A DNA stretch of 64,000 nt from contig NC_092676.1 of the NCBI RefSeq assembly GCF_964355755.1, positions 10,331,888 through 10,395,887 of the forward strand. Direction: 5' to 3'. Shown here piece after piece: positions 1-14,083 of this stretch. Made by a program: the position numbers and the translations under genes. Under the pieces are notes generated by a model. It was not told where the DNA came from and searched no databases. It was given only the letters and a program-made list of their open reading frames with translations. Every line of letters starts with the position of its first letter. The first letter of the stretch is position 1. This stretch comes from Antedon mediterranea (Eukaryota > Animalia > Echinodermata).

Positions 1-56
1 AATGCCAAAGTTACACAAAATTCCTGCTGGGTAATATAAAATATAAAAGTACATAC

Positions 57-1234
57 CCTTCGTTCTCATTGCCAAGCCTGATGACCACCCCTTCTAAAAA
101 TTCAGAATCGTCAGTCTTAAATTAGACATTGTTTAATAAATAACTACAACGTACAAATCATATCTAATTCTCAAAATACAAAGCAATTCACCATCATTTT
201 TCCAAGTAAATTCATTTTTTTTTCAATATTTATTAATTTCAATAACGCTATTTCCATTCCAGTTATGACATGTTTCATTCTTCCTTAAACCTTTATTTAC
301 TTCACTATCAAAATAAAAATATCTTTGTATTAAATCGCGTGCAATGCGACTCTACAGCTCACTATGGTTGGTCGGTAAACACGCGACTGCAGCCATGTAT
401 ATGGCCTTGTTAACAGACATATTTATTTATTTATTCAATTTAACTAAAATATATTGGTAATGATTAAATAACATTTGAGTAGGCTATACGCTTAAAAAGT
501 CAAGCCTTCCTACACATCTCAAGCTTAAATTATAACACAAAATATGTTGAGCTTAAAATATTCAATATCACTTTACCGATACTAATTATACAACCAACAA
601 ACTAACATAAAGAACAACATCGTAGTGCAATTATTTTATCACACTCCAACCCGAGACACCTTGCCCAGGCGACAGACAGAATTAGGCCGAGAGCATGCCT
701 ATTTGGTAAATATCAAGCCGCCATAAACCTCAAACTTGGCATGCAAAATAAAAAAACCATCACAACACTCGATCTCGTGCTTTTAAGTTTATTTGTTTCC
801 TCTACCACTACCGCCAAAATGGTCACCTATTTCAGTGCTTTCCAGTCAATCAACTGACTTTTATCTCCCCAAAGGACTAAATAAATATTTGATTCCTGTG
901 TGCCTATAACTTCAGACATCGTCTCTTATAAGTGGGTGTCTCCACTAACTTCCCCACCTAATTGATAAAGTAAAGTTGCTTTGTGACTAATAGCACAACA
1001 GGTTTTTCAACTTGGACGCATTATTTAAATTGATTTTGTTTTTTAATGAAATAAAAAAAAAGTAATCTATTAAATACAAATATTCATCAATAATTACCTC
1101 AAATACATTTCCTTTCACCGATATCCTTCGTTTAGGGGGGCTTCCCTTCGCTTCCTTCACAGTAACCACCTCTGGCTTCAAAAATTTATCAATCAATCTT
1201 GATTGATTGAAAAGTCACCAACTCTGCACAACAC
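57..1234 (-). pseudogene. Spliced OB-fold/RPA-like gene, paralogue B (exons 1234-1098, 957-758, 115-57), Helentron cargo
   Basis: GT-AG bounded exons translate VLCRVGDFS..KPEVVTVKEAKGSPPKRRISVKGNVFE / VGKLVETPTYKRRCLK..NIYLVLWGDK..VTILAVVVEETNKLKST / TDDSEFLEGVVIRLGNENEG. Same exon phases as the paralogue at 10075-14083; frameshifts and a stop present. OB-fold call is by pattern recognition. Confidence 0.6.
333..411 (+). mobile_element. Minimal HINE/DINE-1-like non-autonomous Helentron
   Basis: Inverted subterminal pair atcgcgtg...cacgcgact, short (GGTY)n remnant, 3' hairpin gccatgtatatggc, ends cttgtt. Confidence 0.55.
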
Positions 1235-1565
1235 CTATAACCACAAAAAAATAAAAAGACATGACTGTACAACATAAATCAAACAATACATTCAACTCTG
1301 AACTACCACAACATAAATGACTAATCTATACCTAACCACTATAAAACAAAATAAATTAACAAGCATTAAAAAATGTTGAGGTTGACATGTTTAATAATGT
1401 TGTTAAAAATTTATAAACCACAGTGGAGGTAAGGTTTTTTTTAGGTTTTTTTTTTTATGATTTTCATTGTCATTATCATAACGAATGTTTAGTCAGGAAA
1501 AAATGTTATTTAAACGGTGGTCACAATTTGTTCAATGCAAATGAATACCTGTTTACCTATTTCTA

Positions 1566-1629
1566 TTAGGCCATGTAAAAAAAAATTGTTGATCGTCTTT
1601 TTTTTTTTTAAGTCAGGAGGGAGGAAGGC

Positions 1630-1660
<31 letters not shown>

Positions 1661-2330
1661 ATAAAAAAAGCAGCAAAGCATCATGAAAGTGTAACGATTC
1701 GACAAAATGTTGAAATGTTGCTTTTGTTCCAATTGCTTGCGCATGCCATCAGTACAACAAATGCACTAGGCCTAGCATTTTGGGGCATCGTAATTTCGGG
1801 AACTGTAGGTGTTTGGACAAACTTAATGAACGAACCTAGTTTATCCACGATGTCACTCAGCTTAGACTGGGCCAATACTTTGATCATACCATCTCCCTTT
1901 CCGGGCTTCCTATCGCTGGCGTATACTGTAGGCAACGTAGGCCTATCGCCGAACTTCCCCGTGTACAATTCAACATACAACTCTGATAATGTTACATCAG
2001 CCGTGACTTCGCAGCCAAACCAATCTTTATTCGGCGAACCACAAAAGGCATTTAAGCTGCGTAAAACGTATCAATAAAGATCTTTTGTTCGGAAATCACG
2101 TGTAAAAAGAACCCACGCTGTACAGCAGGCCAGCGAAAAAAAATTAACAAAATCAAGCTAGATACCTGTATCTTGCACATGCGCATATTGATACTATCGA
2201 TAGAGGGCAAGATAATCGCGATGAATTTCTGAATTTTGCGATCGCGACGACTGATCTGAGGTTGAAAAACGGGATTTTCGCCCGGAGTTTCACGGTTAAA
2301 AAAAAAAAAAAAAAAAATGAGGCGGCCAAA
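1566..2330. mobile_element. Truncated TIR element (Academ-like TAGGCC end) inserted in Helentron unit 1
   Basis: Absent from the homologous unit-2 region (15222-15440). Starts taggccatgtaaaaaaaaattg; opposite TIR not seen and ~220 bp of flank is missing. Confidence 0.45.
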
Positions 2331-2460
2331 CACAACTTTGTCCACAATTCTTGTTTTCCAAGATCAAAAATCACTTCTTTTATCAACGCTAATTCTAATT
2401 CTAACAATAAGGCTACCACTATTGACAATAAATATACTTTAATAACAATTGTTCATTGCA

Positions 2461-2624
2461 TTATCCTTCTTGGTCAATAATGTCCAATGACATTATTTGT
2501 TTTTCCACTTTTGTGACCAGACACGTTTGGGAATACATCTAAAATGTTGCCTGCCACTTATTTTAATATGTCCTTCTTGCAAAAGTACTCAGTACCGTCA
2601 TCAGTGAAAAGAACATATCCTGAC
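2461..2624 (-). pseudogene. Terminal exon of OB-fold gene paralogue A (unit 1)
   Basis: cag|gtcaggatatg acceptor; SGYVLFTDDGTEYFCKKDILK*VAGNILDVFP..., homologous to 15567-15732 and 10075-10228; internal stop and frameshift. Confidence 0.55.
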
Positions 2625-4845
2625 CTGCACAATAAATATGTAATAATTACAAAAATACAAAAGCCAAAAAAAAACCAAAAAACAACCAGCTTCAACATTA
2701 TTGGCCCCCTGAAAATGAATCAATTTCATTTTCTTCTTCATGTCCATGTCCACTAAATAAAAAAAGAAGGGAATTGTATAATAAATATTATGAAAGTAAT
2801 AAAGAAATCAATACTAGAAGAAATGTGTTAATATAAAATATTTTTCAGATGCTGTATTCATTGGAAATCGAGGGTACCTTATTATAGCATTGTCAGTCAG
2901 TGGTTTTTTTTTAATGAATCCTAATTGTTTTTTTCTTTGCACGTTTCCTTTCATTTCTGATGTACTTAACATTCTATAATTAGAACAAAATGTTGCAAGA
3001 CACATTGTGTTAAATTAAAAACTGTCTGATCGAGCTTTATATTTGTCGAGCTTATTTGGCAACCATGCACTTTTATGATCATCCAATTTGTTTTTAATTA
3101 CACTTAGTGGTAAACTCATTCTAACAGGATTAGGTCCTACTGGGATAAATTCAACTTTCCTTGAACATTGTTTCAATTTCAAGCCACAAACATGATAAAC
3201 ACTTTCTTGCGCAGATACTTCTCGATTGTTCATACACACATGACCAAGTTTTGACATATATCCTATAACATACGTAACACATGCATACACTGGTAATATA
3301 CTGAATATCCATATTAGCATTCCATGCTCTCAATAAAGAAGGATTGTATTGATTTACTCTTTAGAACAATCTTTTCTTCAGTAGTTATACAATTATTTGC
3401 TTCCTCATATGCACTCTGGATAATATTTAAACTTTTAAAAAGTTCTTTTGCACTCTCAAACATTCCTTCATTAGTTAAAGAATCTTTTACTGAGGATAAT
3501 ACGTGTTGCGCTTGTTTTTTTGCATAACCATCATCATTATCATCATTGTTTTTATCCACAATTGTAGGTCTCATAACAAATGTTTTTTCAGAAGGCTGTC
3601 TAGGGAAGTTGAATCTGCAATTCGTTCCCTTCTTTTTACACGATTTTGAATGTCTTTTACTATGAATCTGCACACTGGTGACAATTTCATTCATTTCACG
3701 ATCTACAATTTGACTTGGCACAGAACAAGAAATATATTTATCAATAAATTCAATCACTTTTTTATCTTCATCTTCATTAAAAACAGCATTTTCGACCCAT
3801 ACCAACATATGAACATGTGGACTTCCTCTCATTTGAAATTCAATTCTGTAAAAATAATCTGTAAATTTACCAATGGGTTTTGCTTCCGACAAAATAACAT
3901 TTTTTTAAAAGTATGAAAACGGTTGTCGAACATTCTGGCAACAGTCACTGGATTTGATTTCAGTAAATTACATTTGTCTGCCCATTCTAAATCATCAATA
4001 TTTCTATTATCTTTCTGTTTGACTTAACAATGTCGTCATTATTTTGTTCCAGCGAAAATCAGCACTTGAGAATGAAAGAAAAAATGTTGGCTTTCCAATC
4101 TGTCTTACCATTGCTAATACATCTTTTTGTGTTGCTTGCCAATAAGGTGGAGTTCCACGTATTTGTTTTAGAAATTTATAACCTTTATCAGATTTTAATA
4201 TCTCCTAAATTTTGTTTATATTTTTAAAATCAGATACAGTTACTTTACTAAATCAATCTTTTTACTTGACCCTTTTCGCAACGCTATGGAAATACTCGAT
4301 AAAATTTGTTAAAGTTCATATATAGATTGAGCATAAAATATGAATTCTGTATTTTTTGCAAACCTGTTATCTACAGTACATGCATTAATCTATTGTGTAA
4401 ATATCGTCCAAGTGTTATTTTAACAACTCTTGTATCATGGAATGTTGGTTGCCCTGTTGGAAATAGCACTGGAAATGATTTTGCTTCGTTGTTTTCATTA
4501 CATAATAATGCAATAGGGCTATTATTTTCACATGCACAACAAATAATATCACGAAAATATTCATCAACCAAATTTTGTCGCCTGTCAGCAGGTTGTAAAC
4601 TTGTGTCAAACGCAATGCTACACAATCGATATGCCGCTTCTTCTTCTCTTGTTTATTATTTTTTATACATGTTTGTTGATCATCTTCATTAGCTTTTGCA
4701 ATTTGAATGTTTTCTTTAGATACATAATTGTGCCACTTTTTGATCAATAGCTACATCAAAATACCATTTGTTATGATCTTGTAAATATTCAAGAGCTTGA
4801 ATAACATTAGCTGTGTTAACAAATTTATATTACAATAACCCTTGC

Positions 4846-6472
4846 CTGGGGCGGATCCAGAGAGGGGGTCCACGGGGTCCGGACCCCCCCTAAATTTTAA
4901 GGGTGCCCTTTTTTTAGAGGTTCAATATTTTATTCGTGTGACATATTTGTGTGTATATTAGTATGCACAGAGTAAGCTACACTAACCCCAAAAATAAAAA
5001 CAGAAATTTATCACAATGAGCGCGATGTTAAGTTACGGCGGCCGATCAAAGAGCATTGTGAGAGAGGTGGTGATGCGTGATGATCTCTAGTTAAACTTCT
5101 AAAAATAGATCGTTTCGCATACTACAGAGGGCGCATGTAAACTTTTTACGATTCAACTCCGCGTACGTTACCATGCGCGTTCTGTCATTGACGCGATTAT
5201 TTGTCCATTGGTAAACACATTTTTATGTATTATTATTCTGAAAATAATTGAACTGTAAACATAATTCTTTTGAGTATTTGTTTATTTACATATCATTCCA
5301 TCAGATCAACTATTTTTTATTTACATTACATCCAACCAAACATGTAAAAAATGTAGTTAAAATATCGTACTATCTACCGCGTACGACCATACGCGGTAGA
5401 TTGTTTACTCAAAAATCATCGAACGGTCCTTACACTATACTATTCAACCTTGTTTTTATAGTGGAGCCTCTCATGACCTGAGATTTGTTTGTCTTCCTAC
5501 GCCAAGATAATATAGTTCTACAAGCCATGTGCTTTTTTCTCTGAGAAATATTTATTATAAGTGCCAAAAAAATGTTTTTTTCTCGATATGAAGCCTTTAT
5601 TATTCAAATCTTTTAAAGAAAAATCACACATACCATAAAGAAGGTTCATTTATTTCATTTTTGAAACAATATTTGTGAAAATTACGTGAGGCTCAACTAC
5701 AAAACCACCATTTTGTGATATGATGTCATCGTAAGCCAATCATAGCTGAGCTTTCCCGCGATCGGCAGAGCTCACGGTTGAATGATTTTGGATTCTGGCT
5801 ATTTGATTGGTGGACGCGAATCACCCACAGCGGAATGTTTTCTCTCGCGCGCGTGTACCAAGAAGTCACGTGATCTCTCTTTACTGAACACAAATTTAGA
5901 GCAATGAATTTGTACGAATTCCGTTAAATAAACAACTCTATATATTTTATAAACATTTAATAATATTTTATTGATATTTCCAATGTTGATATATAAAAGA
6001 AATTACTATAAAACGTAATTATATGTAATTATTTTAGCGAAAAATGGCGCAATTTGTTTACAACGTTCGTGGCTGCTAAAAACGATCATTTTCGGCAATG
6101 TTTTAGACCCTATATTTCGAAAACTACAAGTCAGATTTTCGTAATTCTTTCTTTATTGGAATATTGAAACAAAATACCAACAGATAATGTTTAAATTGGT
6201 TGAAAAATAACAACTTTTAATTTTGCATCGTTATCCCTGCTAATAAAGTGTCATTTCCGGCGAACTAGAAAGGTGCCATTTATCATGGATTTTGCGTGCG
6301 AGAGTGCCATTTCCGGCCATCTAAGTGTGTCCTGTAACAAAATTCGCTTCGCCACAACCCCCACCATGGGGGGGGGGGGCTGTGGCTCAAATACTCAATA
6401 TCTGATGTGCCCTTTTTATCGGCGGACCCCCCCCCCCCCCCCCCCTCTCAAAAATGTCTGGATCCGCCCCAG
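4846..6472. mobile_element. Non-autonomous TIR element with 5-bp TSD (hAT5-like)
   Basis: TIR ctggggcggatccaga/tctggatccgccccag; TSD CTTGC (4841-4845, 6473-6477). Removing it and one TSD restores the Helitron frame KLSCKGY. Confidence 0.85.
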
Positions 6473-6789
6473 CTTGCAAGACAACTTACTGGTATAGGCA
6501 TTATTTTTATAGTTTCAATAGTATTTGATGGTACACATACAACTGGTCCGTGTATTCCATGTTGGCCACCTTTGGGTAAATTCATTAATTTCATAAATGA
6601 AATATTTAATCCAATCAAATGCTGCTCTAAATTATTTAATTCAGGAGGAATTTCATGTAGTTCTAAATTATTTGAATTGGCTTCTTAGGAACTGTTCCAC
6701 ATTTCTTGTGGCATGTGAAACAAATCCATAAATGGCATCTTGGTGATTTGTTTAATTGACATGGTTTAATACATTTACAGATTCAATGC

Positions 6790-6945
6790 CCGACAACTCC
6801 CAGTCCACTCAGCTGTAAAATGAGTACCTGGTTGAAAATACTAGGGAGAAAAAAGGCGGCGTGGAAAGGAACTGGCCACCCTACCACATAATGCCGAGTC
6901 TTAGTACAATGAGCTCCTAACAGCTCATTCCCCTACGTCATGTAT
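6790..6945 (+). mobile_element. SINE fragment with Nin/Deu-like core
   Basis: gtccactcagctgtaaaatgagtacctgg ... ctggccaccctaccacataatgccg resembles the conserved Nin-domain core; interrupts the RepHel remnant. Confidence 0.55.
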
Positions 6946-7402
6946 ACATGTTTTATTTTTGTATTTTGCTTTGGTGCTTGTCTTTGAAATAACATTTAAA
7001 GCATACACAACAAACATATTCAGGACCACGAGATATTAATTCTCTGACGTTTTCCAAAACAAACTCAAATTACGTTTTTTTGCTTTCCTTATTTTACGAT
7101 TTTTCTTCACAATATTTTTCCGGAACACTGAATCACTATGATATATGTTTGTGAATCTTTGATTACAATTTTGTTTGAATTTTAAATCTCTCTGGTATTC
7201 TCTAAACCTTTGCTTACCACTCTGCTTCAAGTCTTGTCTGAATGTTGAATTATTACGATACTTTTGTGCTAGTTTGTTACGCAGGTTTTGTATGAAAGTT
7301 GAATTATTTCGATACTTTGCTGCTAGTTTTTGACTCAGATTTTGTCTGAATTGTAAATTAGTCCGATACTTTTTTGCCATTTTTGTTTATTCTTTTGTTT
7401 AA

Positions 7403-7998
7403 AGCTCAGGTACAGGCATAAATTTTAAATATAATATTTTGTTAATTGTACATAAATCAAATATTTGTAACAGAAATCGAGACGAAAAAACATGAATTTC
7501 CCTTAATATGGTCAAATACAAAATTTGGCAAAATTCTTCCATAAAAACCAGGAAGACTTTTTTTCAGTAGTTAGGTAGTTAACCTAATGTAATAAGATGT
7601 CTGGGGACTCCCTAGACAGTGGAAAAAGATGGTGGATTTACGGTGGATAATTTTTGCTATAGCATGAAAATAAAAATCTGAAGTTGAATAAAAATATCAG
7701 AAATGTAATATTCAAGTTATATTACCTATATTTAGTCATCTGATAACATTTTTTACCACACCATTTATTTTTCATAGCTTTTTAAAATGCCTCTCTATTT
7801 ACAAAATTTGTGTACAAAAGAATAGAGATTTTACTGTGTAAGTTGAACTATTCCCCCACTGATATGAAAGTGCTTATTTTCAACAAGCTCGTGTAACACA
7901 AATAAAATCCCAAAAAAATTATGAAACATAGGGGAAACTATAGATCGATGATTATTGGAATGTATGATCAATAGAAATTTTTTGCCCGCACCTGGCCT
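7403..7998. mobile_element. Kolobok-type MITE, TTAA TSD
   Basis: ttaa|agctcaggtacaggcataaattt ... aaatttttttgcccgcacctggcct|ttaa; purine-purine start and TTAA duplication. Confidence 0.75.
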
Positions 7999-9613
7999 TT
8001 AAAGTTTTCTCTACATATTAAATCATTTGATATCTGTTTTTCCTCTTTTCTCTTAATTTTTGATGACATTTTTTTTTATAGTTTTCAACATGTTTGGCTT
8101 TTTTCGTTGTTCGGTAATCCAAATTCATTTTGTAATTGTCTCTTGCCTTACTTCGTATTTTGAAATTATAATTGGGATTACATCTATACGCTTTCTTTTG
8201 TCTTTCTCTATTTTCCTTTCTTTTGTAACATTTATATTCGTCATTGACATCTTATTTTGTGATTATCCTCTTTATATACAGAATCATTTTGATATCTGTA
8301 CTGTATCCACTTTATTATGTTTCTGTTTCTTTTCAAAATTCTGTGTAGTTTCAATTGAACGTTTCATCCTCATTCGAATTTTGTTATTTTGACTTTTATC
8401 TCTTCCGAATCCTTTTTTAGTCTTTCTGAAAACCTTAACTTTCTCATTGTAACAAAATCGTCCACTATCTTCACTCCGTTTATATTTGGATCCTATAGCA
8501 TCTTCGAATACATCATGTTCTTTTCTTTATCGTGTATTTTCAATTATTGAAATACTAGTTTTTATAATACTGTGGTCTAAATTTGTTTCTATTCACATCA
8601 TCACTATCCTCAATTCTTATAGTTTCCTGAACATAATTTAAATTATCGACAGATTTCACCACATTGAAATGTACATTTCTGGTATACAGTATATATATAT
8701 ACCGTTATCAGTTGTAACATCATTTATTATTCCGGGCTTTTTTGCAGAAAACAATTGCCACGTCAAAAGTTGATCATTGAAAGAATAAATATCTGTGTCA
8801 AGCATTCCACTTATTTCAGTATTAGAGGCCCACGTTCCATTATCCATTACTCTCTTTTTAATCACATATTCCTTAACTGTTCTATATTCATCACTTAATG
8901 TATTACTAAACATGTCATCAGATTCCAATAAATGTTTACCAATTGCTTTTCTTAAAATTAAATGATTATTTTCATTCCTGGAAATAATACGAAATTGCAC
9001 GATAAAAACAATTACCATCACCTGTAATATTCTTTATTTGAAGAGGATGTCCAATACAATTCCTACCAATATGTTTATAATTAATGCCTAGTTTATTACA
9101 TTATGTTTTTCTTTTCTGCTTCTAAAGATTGGAACAAATTTAATCAACATTGACACTTTCTGAGTTGTTTTGTTCACAATTATCATCTAACGTAACAGAA
9201 GAAGAGAAACATAAAAATATAGCTGATTTATTTTGAACATTTACACCAGTCAGTTCAAAATCTGTTTCATGTAAATTACAGTTCATTGACCTTCCTAATC
9301 TTATACAATAATCGTACACACCTTCCCAACATGTACTGTAAAGTAAAATGCTCTTTCCGTGTTCACTAACACAACCTACAACTCGCACGCCTTATGTCAT
9401 TAATCAATACCAAGTGACAGCAAACACGCGACCTACACTTCACCTCAGCAACGAACATGTTAACACGACGATCTGATACTTAACCCATTTTAATAACTCA
9501 AATCACATCCTAGAATTAAATAAATTGGAAAATATAACAATTTCGAATGCATTGCATCACCCGATCCGGTTTCTAGAAAATCAGTAACCACTTTCTTGTT
9601 TACTATTATTCTT

Positions 9614-9935
9614 TTACTATAGTTATTATACTACTACTATTACTACTTTAAAAGAAATATTATTTTGTTAAAGGTTACTGAAATATAGCAATCTATTGTA
9701 TATAACATGTTATTGTCCAACACTATTCAAAATAAAAAAAAATAAATAAAACCACTAAATAGAATGTCAAAATACTATGAACTAAAACAAAACATAACCT
9801 TGTCCACACATTCTTGTTTATCAATGTTAATTGTTACTATAGTTATTATACTACTACTATTACTACTTTAAAAGAAATATTATTTTGTTAACGGTTACTG
9901 AAATATAGCAATCTATTGTATATAACATGTTATTG
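9614..9935. repeat. ~100-bp direct repeat, two copies 220 bp apart
   Basis: ttactatagttattatactactactattac...tataacatgttattg at ~9614 and ~9834. Confidence 0.85.
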
Positions 9936-9944
9936 CCATTATTA

Positions 9945-10059
9945 GGGCCATTTACACTAGGACGATAACGATGGACGATAAATATAATTTTACATTTTAC
10001 ATTTTTATGCACATTTGTCTATTTATCGTCGATCCTTATCGTCCTAGTGTAAATGGGCC
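9945..10059. mobile_element. PIF/Harbinger (Tourist-like) MITE, TTA TSD
   Basis: tta|gggccatttacactaggacgataa ... ttatcgtcctagtgtaaatgggcc|tta; near-perfect 115-bp foldback. Confidence 0.8.
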
Positions 10060-10074
10060 TTAAACCATGCCTTC

Positions 10075-13000
10075 TTAATCTATCAACACTAATGATTTTA
10101 CATCCAGGTCTACTTTCCTTATCATACAAGTGAATGGCAACATTTCACACATGTCATTAATCTCTCCAAGTACTTCCTTCTGACATGTCAGGGCAATATT
10201 CTTATCCGTCAATAGAACATATCCTGACCCGCACAAACAAAAATACATAGTCAAGATAAATTCAAAATATTAATTTCAGTTGAAGATATAAAGTAAAGTA
10301 AAAACCAGAAGATATCCACTTTCTTTTATTGACAGACTTTACATTTGACTTAAAAAAATATAAATAAACGATAATAATAATTATGTGTCGTATAAGAATG
10401 AAGCACTGAATATTAATATTGTCACCAAAAAATAAAAATAAAATCAACAATACATTACTGCATTTAGGAAAAATTATAAGACGAACAGACATTGTTTTAA
10501 TATATTATTATTTAGTTTTTCCATAATTCACAACATGGCACAGAAATCATATAAATAAAAGAAATACATGAATTTAAAACATAAGATGCAACTTGAACTT
10601 TGTGAATGTCACAAAATTTTAATATATATTCAATTCTTTAAAAAACGATCATAGTGGCTTATGTCAGATAACAAAGTAATAATTTGTATAATTTGTTGCA
10701 ATAGTAAATCTATTAGTTAGTTTAATTTGTTGGTTTTATTGACATAAGACAGACTATCAGAGACCCATGCCAAGCAAAAAACATTTTTATGGCGTGCACA
10801 TGCAGTAATATAATAACGTCAAAATATACGTACTCGTTTTCATCAACACCAACAATTGTAACCTGAACCTCTTGAGCCGGCTCTACAATAACGTCGTCTT
10901 CAGAAATCTAAAAAATCACACACTTCCTAGTTATTTCAATAATTAACAAACTAGTAAACAGACTTTCACATTGAACGATATTGTAACCACTGTTTAAATA
11001 ACACATTTCCTGACAAAACATTCATTACAATGGAAACCATGATTACAGTAATAATAACATATCTTGAAAATCCAAGTACAGTATATATTTCAAATTTATT
11101 AACATTCACCTTAACATCAAGGTATGGTTAACAACAGCATTTACAACTAGAAAGCCACTCCGAGAGTGCATACCTCCGCCTACTGTAAAATTCTCCTACA
11201 TAAGATTTCTCCGGTAAAAAAAAATATATATATATATTTGTGTGTGTCTTAATGCTGTTTGTGATTTAGGCTAATTTCACTACAAGCATGTGTATGCGAG
11301 TTTGGTGTAATGGTTATGTAACAAGCCTTTCAATTAACAATAGCTTCAGTTGACTAACAATAGAACAGCAACGCGAAAATCAAACGAGTGAATTTGAAAA
11401 GAAAATAGGTTTTTTAAACTACTGGCATCAAAAAACGTGCACATTAAATCAAATTATGTTTTAAAATTACAAATCACGAATTATAACTCTTGCCTCTTGT
11501 ACAAAAATGAAGTTTTTTGGACAAGTAGTTCTCGAGAAAATGCAATTTCAGTATACTTGTTACTTTAAGACTGCTCGCCGGCTTTTGAAAAATTCTGTCC
11601 TATCTTTTAACACTAGCAGGTCTGAAAAGTATACTAAAAAGTGGTCCAGAATTGGGACAATGGTCCCAAAATTTAATGGAATGGTCCTTGACCACATATC
11701 TGTCTGTATATTCATTTTGGTAAAGATCTTGTAATTACTTTTTGAGTAATCCTGCTAACAAACAAACAAACAAACACACGCTACCGATTACATATACCTC
11801 CTTGGCGGAGGTAAAAAATAAACAAAGATATAAAAGAAAAAGCAATAATAAAAGCATTCAATGAGCATTTATGTTGCATAAAGGTCGCTCAGTATCAGGT
11901 GGAGGCCTGAATAGTCGAGCGCCTTTCAAATGCCGAACATACATACTTCATAACTGGCTTGATGATATCGGGATCATTTGCACCCATAATAAATATAAAC
12001 TTATCATTTTGTGACATATTTTTGAAGTTTATATTAAAATCTAGAATATACACCTTGTCAACAATACATTTATTTAATATCGATAAATAATTTTTTAAAT
12101 AACACCTTACCTCTACTGTTGTTAAATCTGTAGATTGTAAACATTTTACATTGTTGTAGTTATCTACCTCCACATTATTTAGTGTGATCTTCCATCCAAC
12201 ATTTTGTTCCCCAACCTTGGAGGCGAACTCATTCCACAATTTACATTTAATATTAGTGTTCCCATCCAATCTTCGCCACGTTTGGTTCTCATCTACCCTC
12301 ATAGAATACACCTGCAATATTTAAAACAACATTTCTTTTACTATATCTATTAAGTAAACGAACATTCAACACACGATATTTCTTAATCAACCACCTTGAA
12401 AAATATATAATATATATATAAAAATATATATCCACATTTTAATTATTACAGTACAGCACTATTAGTTGTAACATTTCTCATAGGCCTACACGTTTATTAA
12501 CAACCCTTCAATTAACAAATTCAATACTACATAATATACCAAACCGTCTCGGTACCTCCCTCCTCAACATTCAACTGATCGAAAACCAATACTAATAACG
12601 GTATCACAATAGATACAATGAAAATTAACATACACATAACATACAGTCTAAATGTACGTCAGTAAACAAACACTATAATGCACATTTACAATTTGTTATA
12701 TGATTGCTCAATTTTACTTCTCAATAAACACTTTTATCATTATTGAACAATTACCTGTTCCACCATGCCCGATACCGTTATCTTCCTCTTCGTGGGAGAA
12801 GCTAGTGCCGCTTCAACAGTTTCCTCTTCTGGATGAAGAAATTCTTGTATTTTTTATCACAAACCACAAACGAAGATGTCTTAAACACCTATGTCAAACC
12901 AAAAGTTCAATTATTTGAAACCATAAATTGATATACCGTACTATCATTAATGGTGTATATCCACCCATTAATTAACAAACGATTTTTACAAATGCTAAAA

Positions 13001-14083
13001 ATATATAAGATAACCAATGCCCTAACTCTAAACTCAACAAACTGAAACCACAACCCTCCACGACGTCCAAACAAATACAGATTTTTATTTGTTACTGTTA
13101 TTTATCACTACAATTGAAATGCTGAAAACTACCGGGGGACCCAACATAACAACTACATTTCCGCCTATTATTATACGTCATTTTAGTGATTCACGATCTC
13201 GAAATAGATAACCACCAGTACATAACAAATCCAAGTCCAAACGCAACATGATTTTGCATTTATAAAATATGAGCAAAACATTGATGTCCTATCTGATGAC
13301 CTATCTGATGACCTGATGCATTTTTGTTAACGCTAAATTGTACTTATTATGCATCACACCTACAAATACGATGTGTATATAGAAGTTCATACAATGCAAT
13401 ATAGATAACTGAACCAACACACAATACAATTGGCTAAGCAAAATAAAATATGAAAATGAAATTTCCAAATATCTAACCAAAGTCATGTAACATTTAAAAT
13501 AAAAATTAGTTACGTACAAGCGAAGTACGTGTTGTTTAACTTTATCGACAACCATATAAAAACAATAATTAAGCAAATGGCACTTTCTTAGCATTGTATA
13601 ATTTGTTATACATACATATTATAGTGGTTTTTAACATTTTCACAGTAATTGTTCCATTTTAAATCTTTTAAATTAAAATTACAAACAGAAACGACACACA
13701 AAAACGGCAATTAAATACATCGTTCCATGACAATGAAATACTAAAAGTCAATTATGATTATTCAGTTAGCCTAATGTACTAATAAAATAACAAAAACGTA
13801 ATATTCAAAACAGATTATTTTTATGAAAACAGTCATTATATTACTTCAACTACAACCATACCATAAAGACTTTCATAAATAACCAAATAAAATTAAATTC
13901 GCTTACCTTCGTTGTATCGTACAAATTGATGTAATTTTTACATGGTTTTTTTTTAACGAATTTACCACTCAATTTCTCGGGCATCGACGTGTAGTAAATA
14001 GCATGAGTTTTTTCCATGCAATAGCAAGTCACCCGGACATCATGTACTACAGGCTTTGTCATTACATACACGGTTAACAACAT
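10075..14083 (-). pseudogene. Five-exon OB-fold/RPA-like gene, paralogue C (exons 14083-13907, 12888-12755, 12311-12111, 10907-10834, 10228-10075)
   Basis: MLLTVYVMTKP..INLYDTTK / VFKTSSF..EETVEAALASPTKRKITVSGMVEQ / VYSMRVDENQTWRRLDGNTNIKCKLWNEFA..ITLNNVEVDNYNNVKCLQSTDLTTVE / ISEDDVIVEPAQEVQVTIVGVDENE / SGYVLLTDKNIALTCQKEVL..KSLVLID*. Phases match; exon 2 is frameshifted and the last acceptor is mutated to GG. Confidence 0.7.
11145..11815 (-). mobile_element. HINE (non-autonomous Helentron) in an intron
   Basis: On minus: tacctccgccaaggaggta start, (GTTT)n microsatellite, ggcggaggta subTIR, hairpin cactctcggagtg, ends ttctagtt. Confidence 0.8.

Larger units (their letters stand above)
2810..9400 (-). 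pseudogene. Helentron/Helitron2-type RepHel remnant, unit 1 (herpes-tegument-like protease C-term, OTU, repeats, HUH Rep); helicase deleted
   Basis: HUH Rep motif [81 protein letters not shown]-like GTWASNTEI (8656-9021), GKSILLYST..FELTGV (9140-9388). Many stops and frameshifts, three nested insertions. Confidence 0.85.

Noticed and set aside
1517-2480. Cluster of 70-186 aa ORFs
   Set aside because: Overlapping on both strands, homopolymer-derived poly-F/K, inside a non-coding TIR insert.
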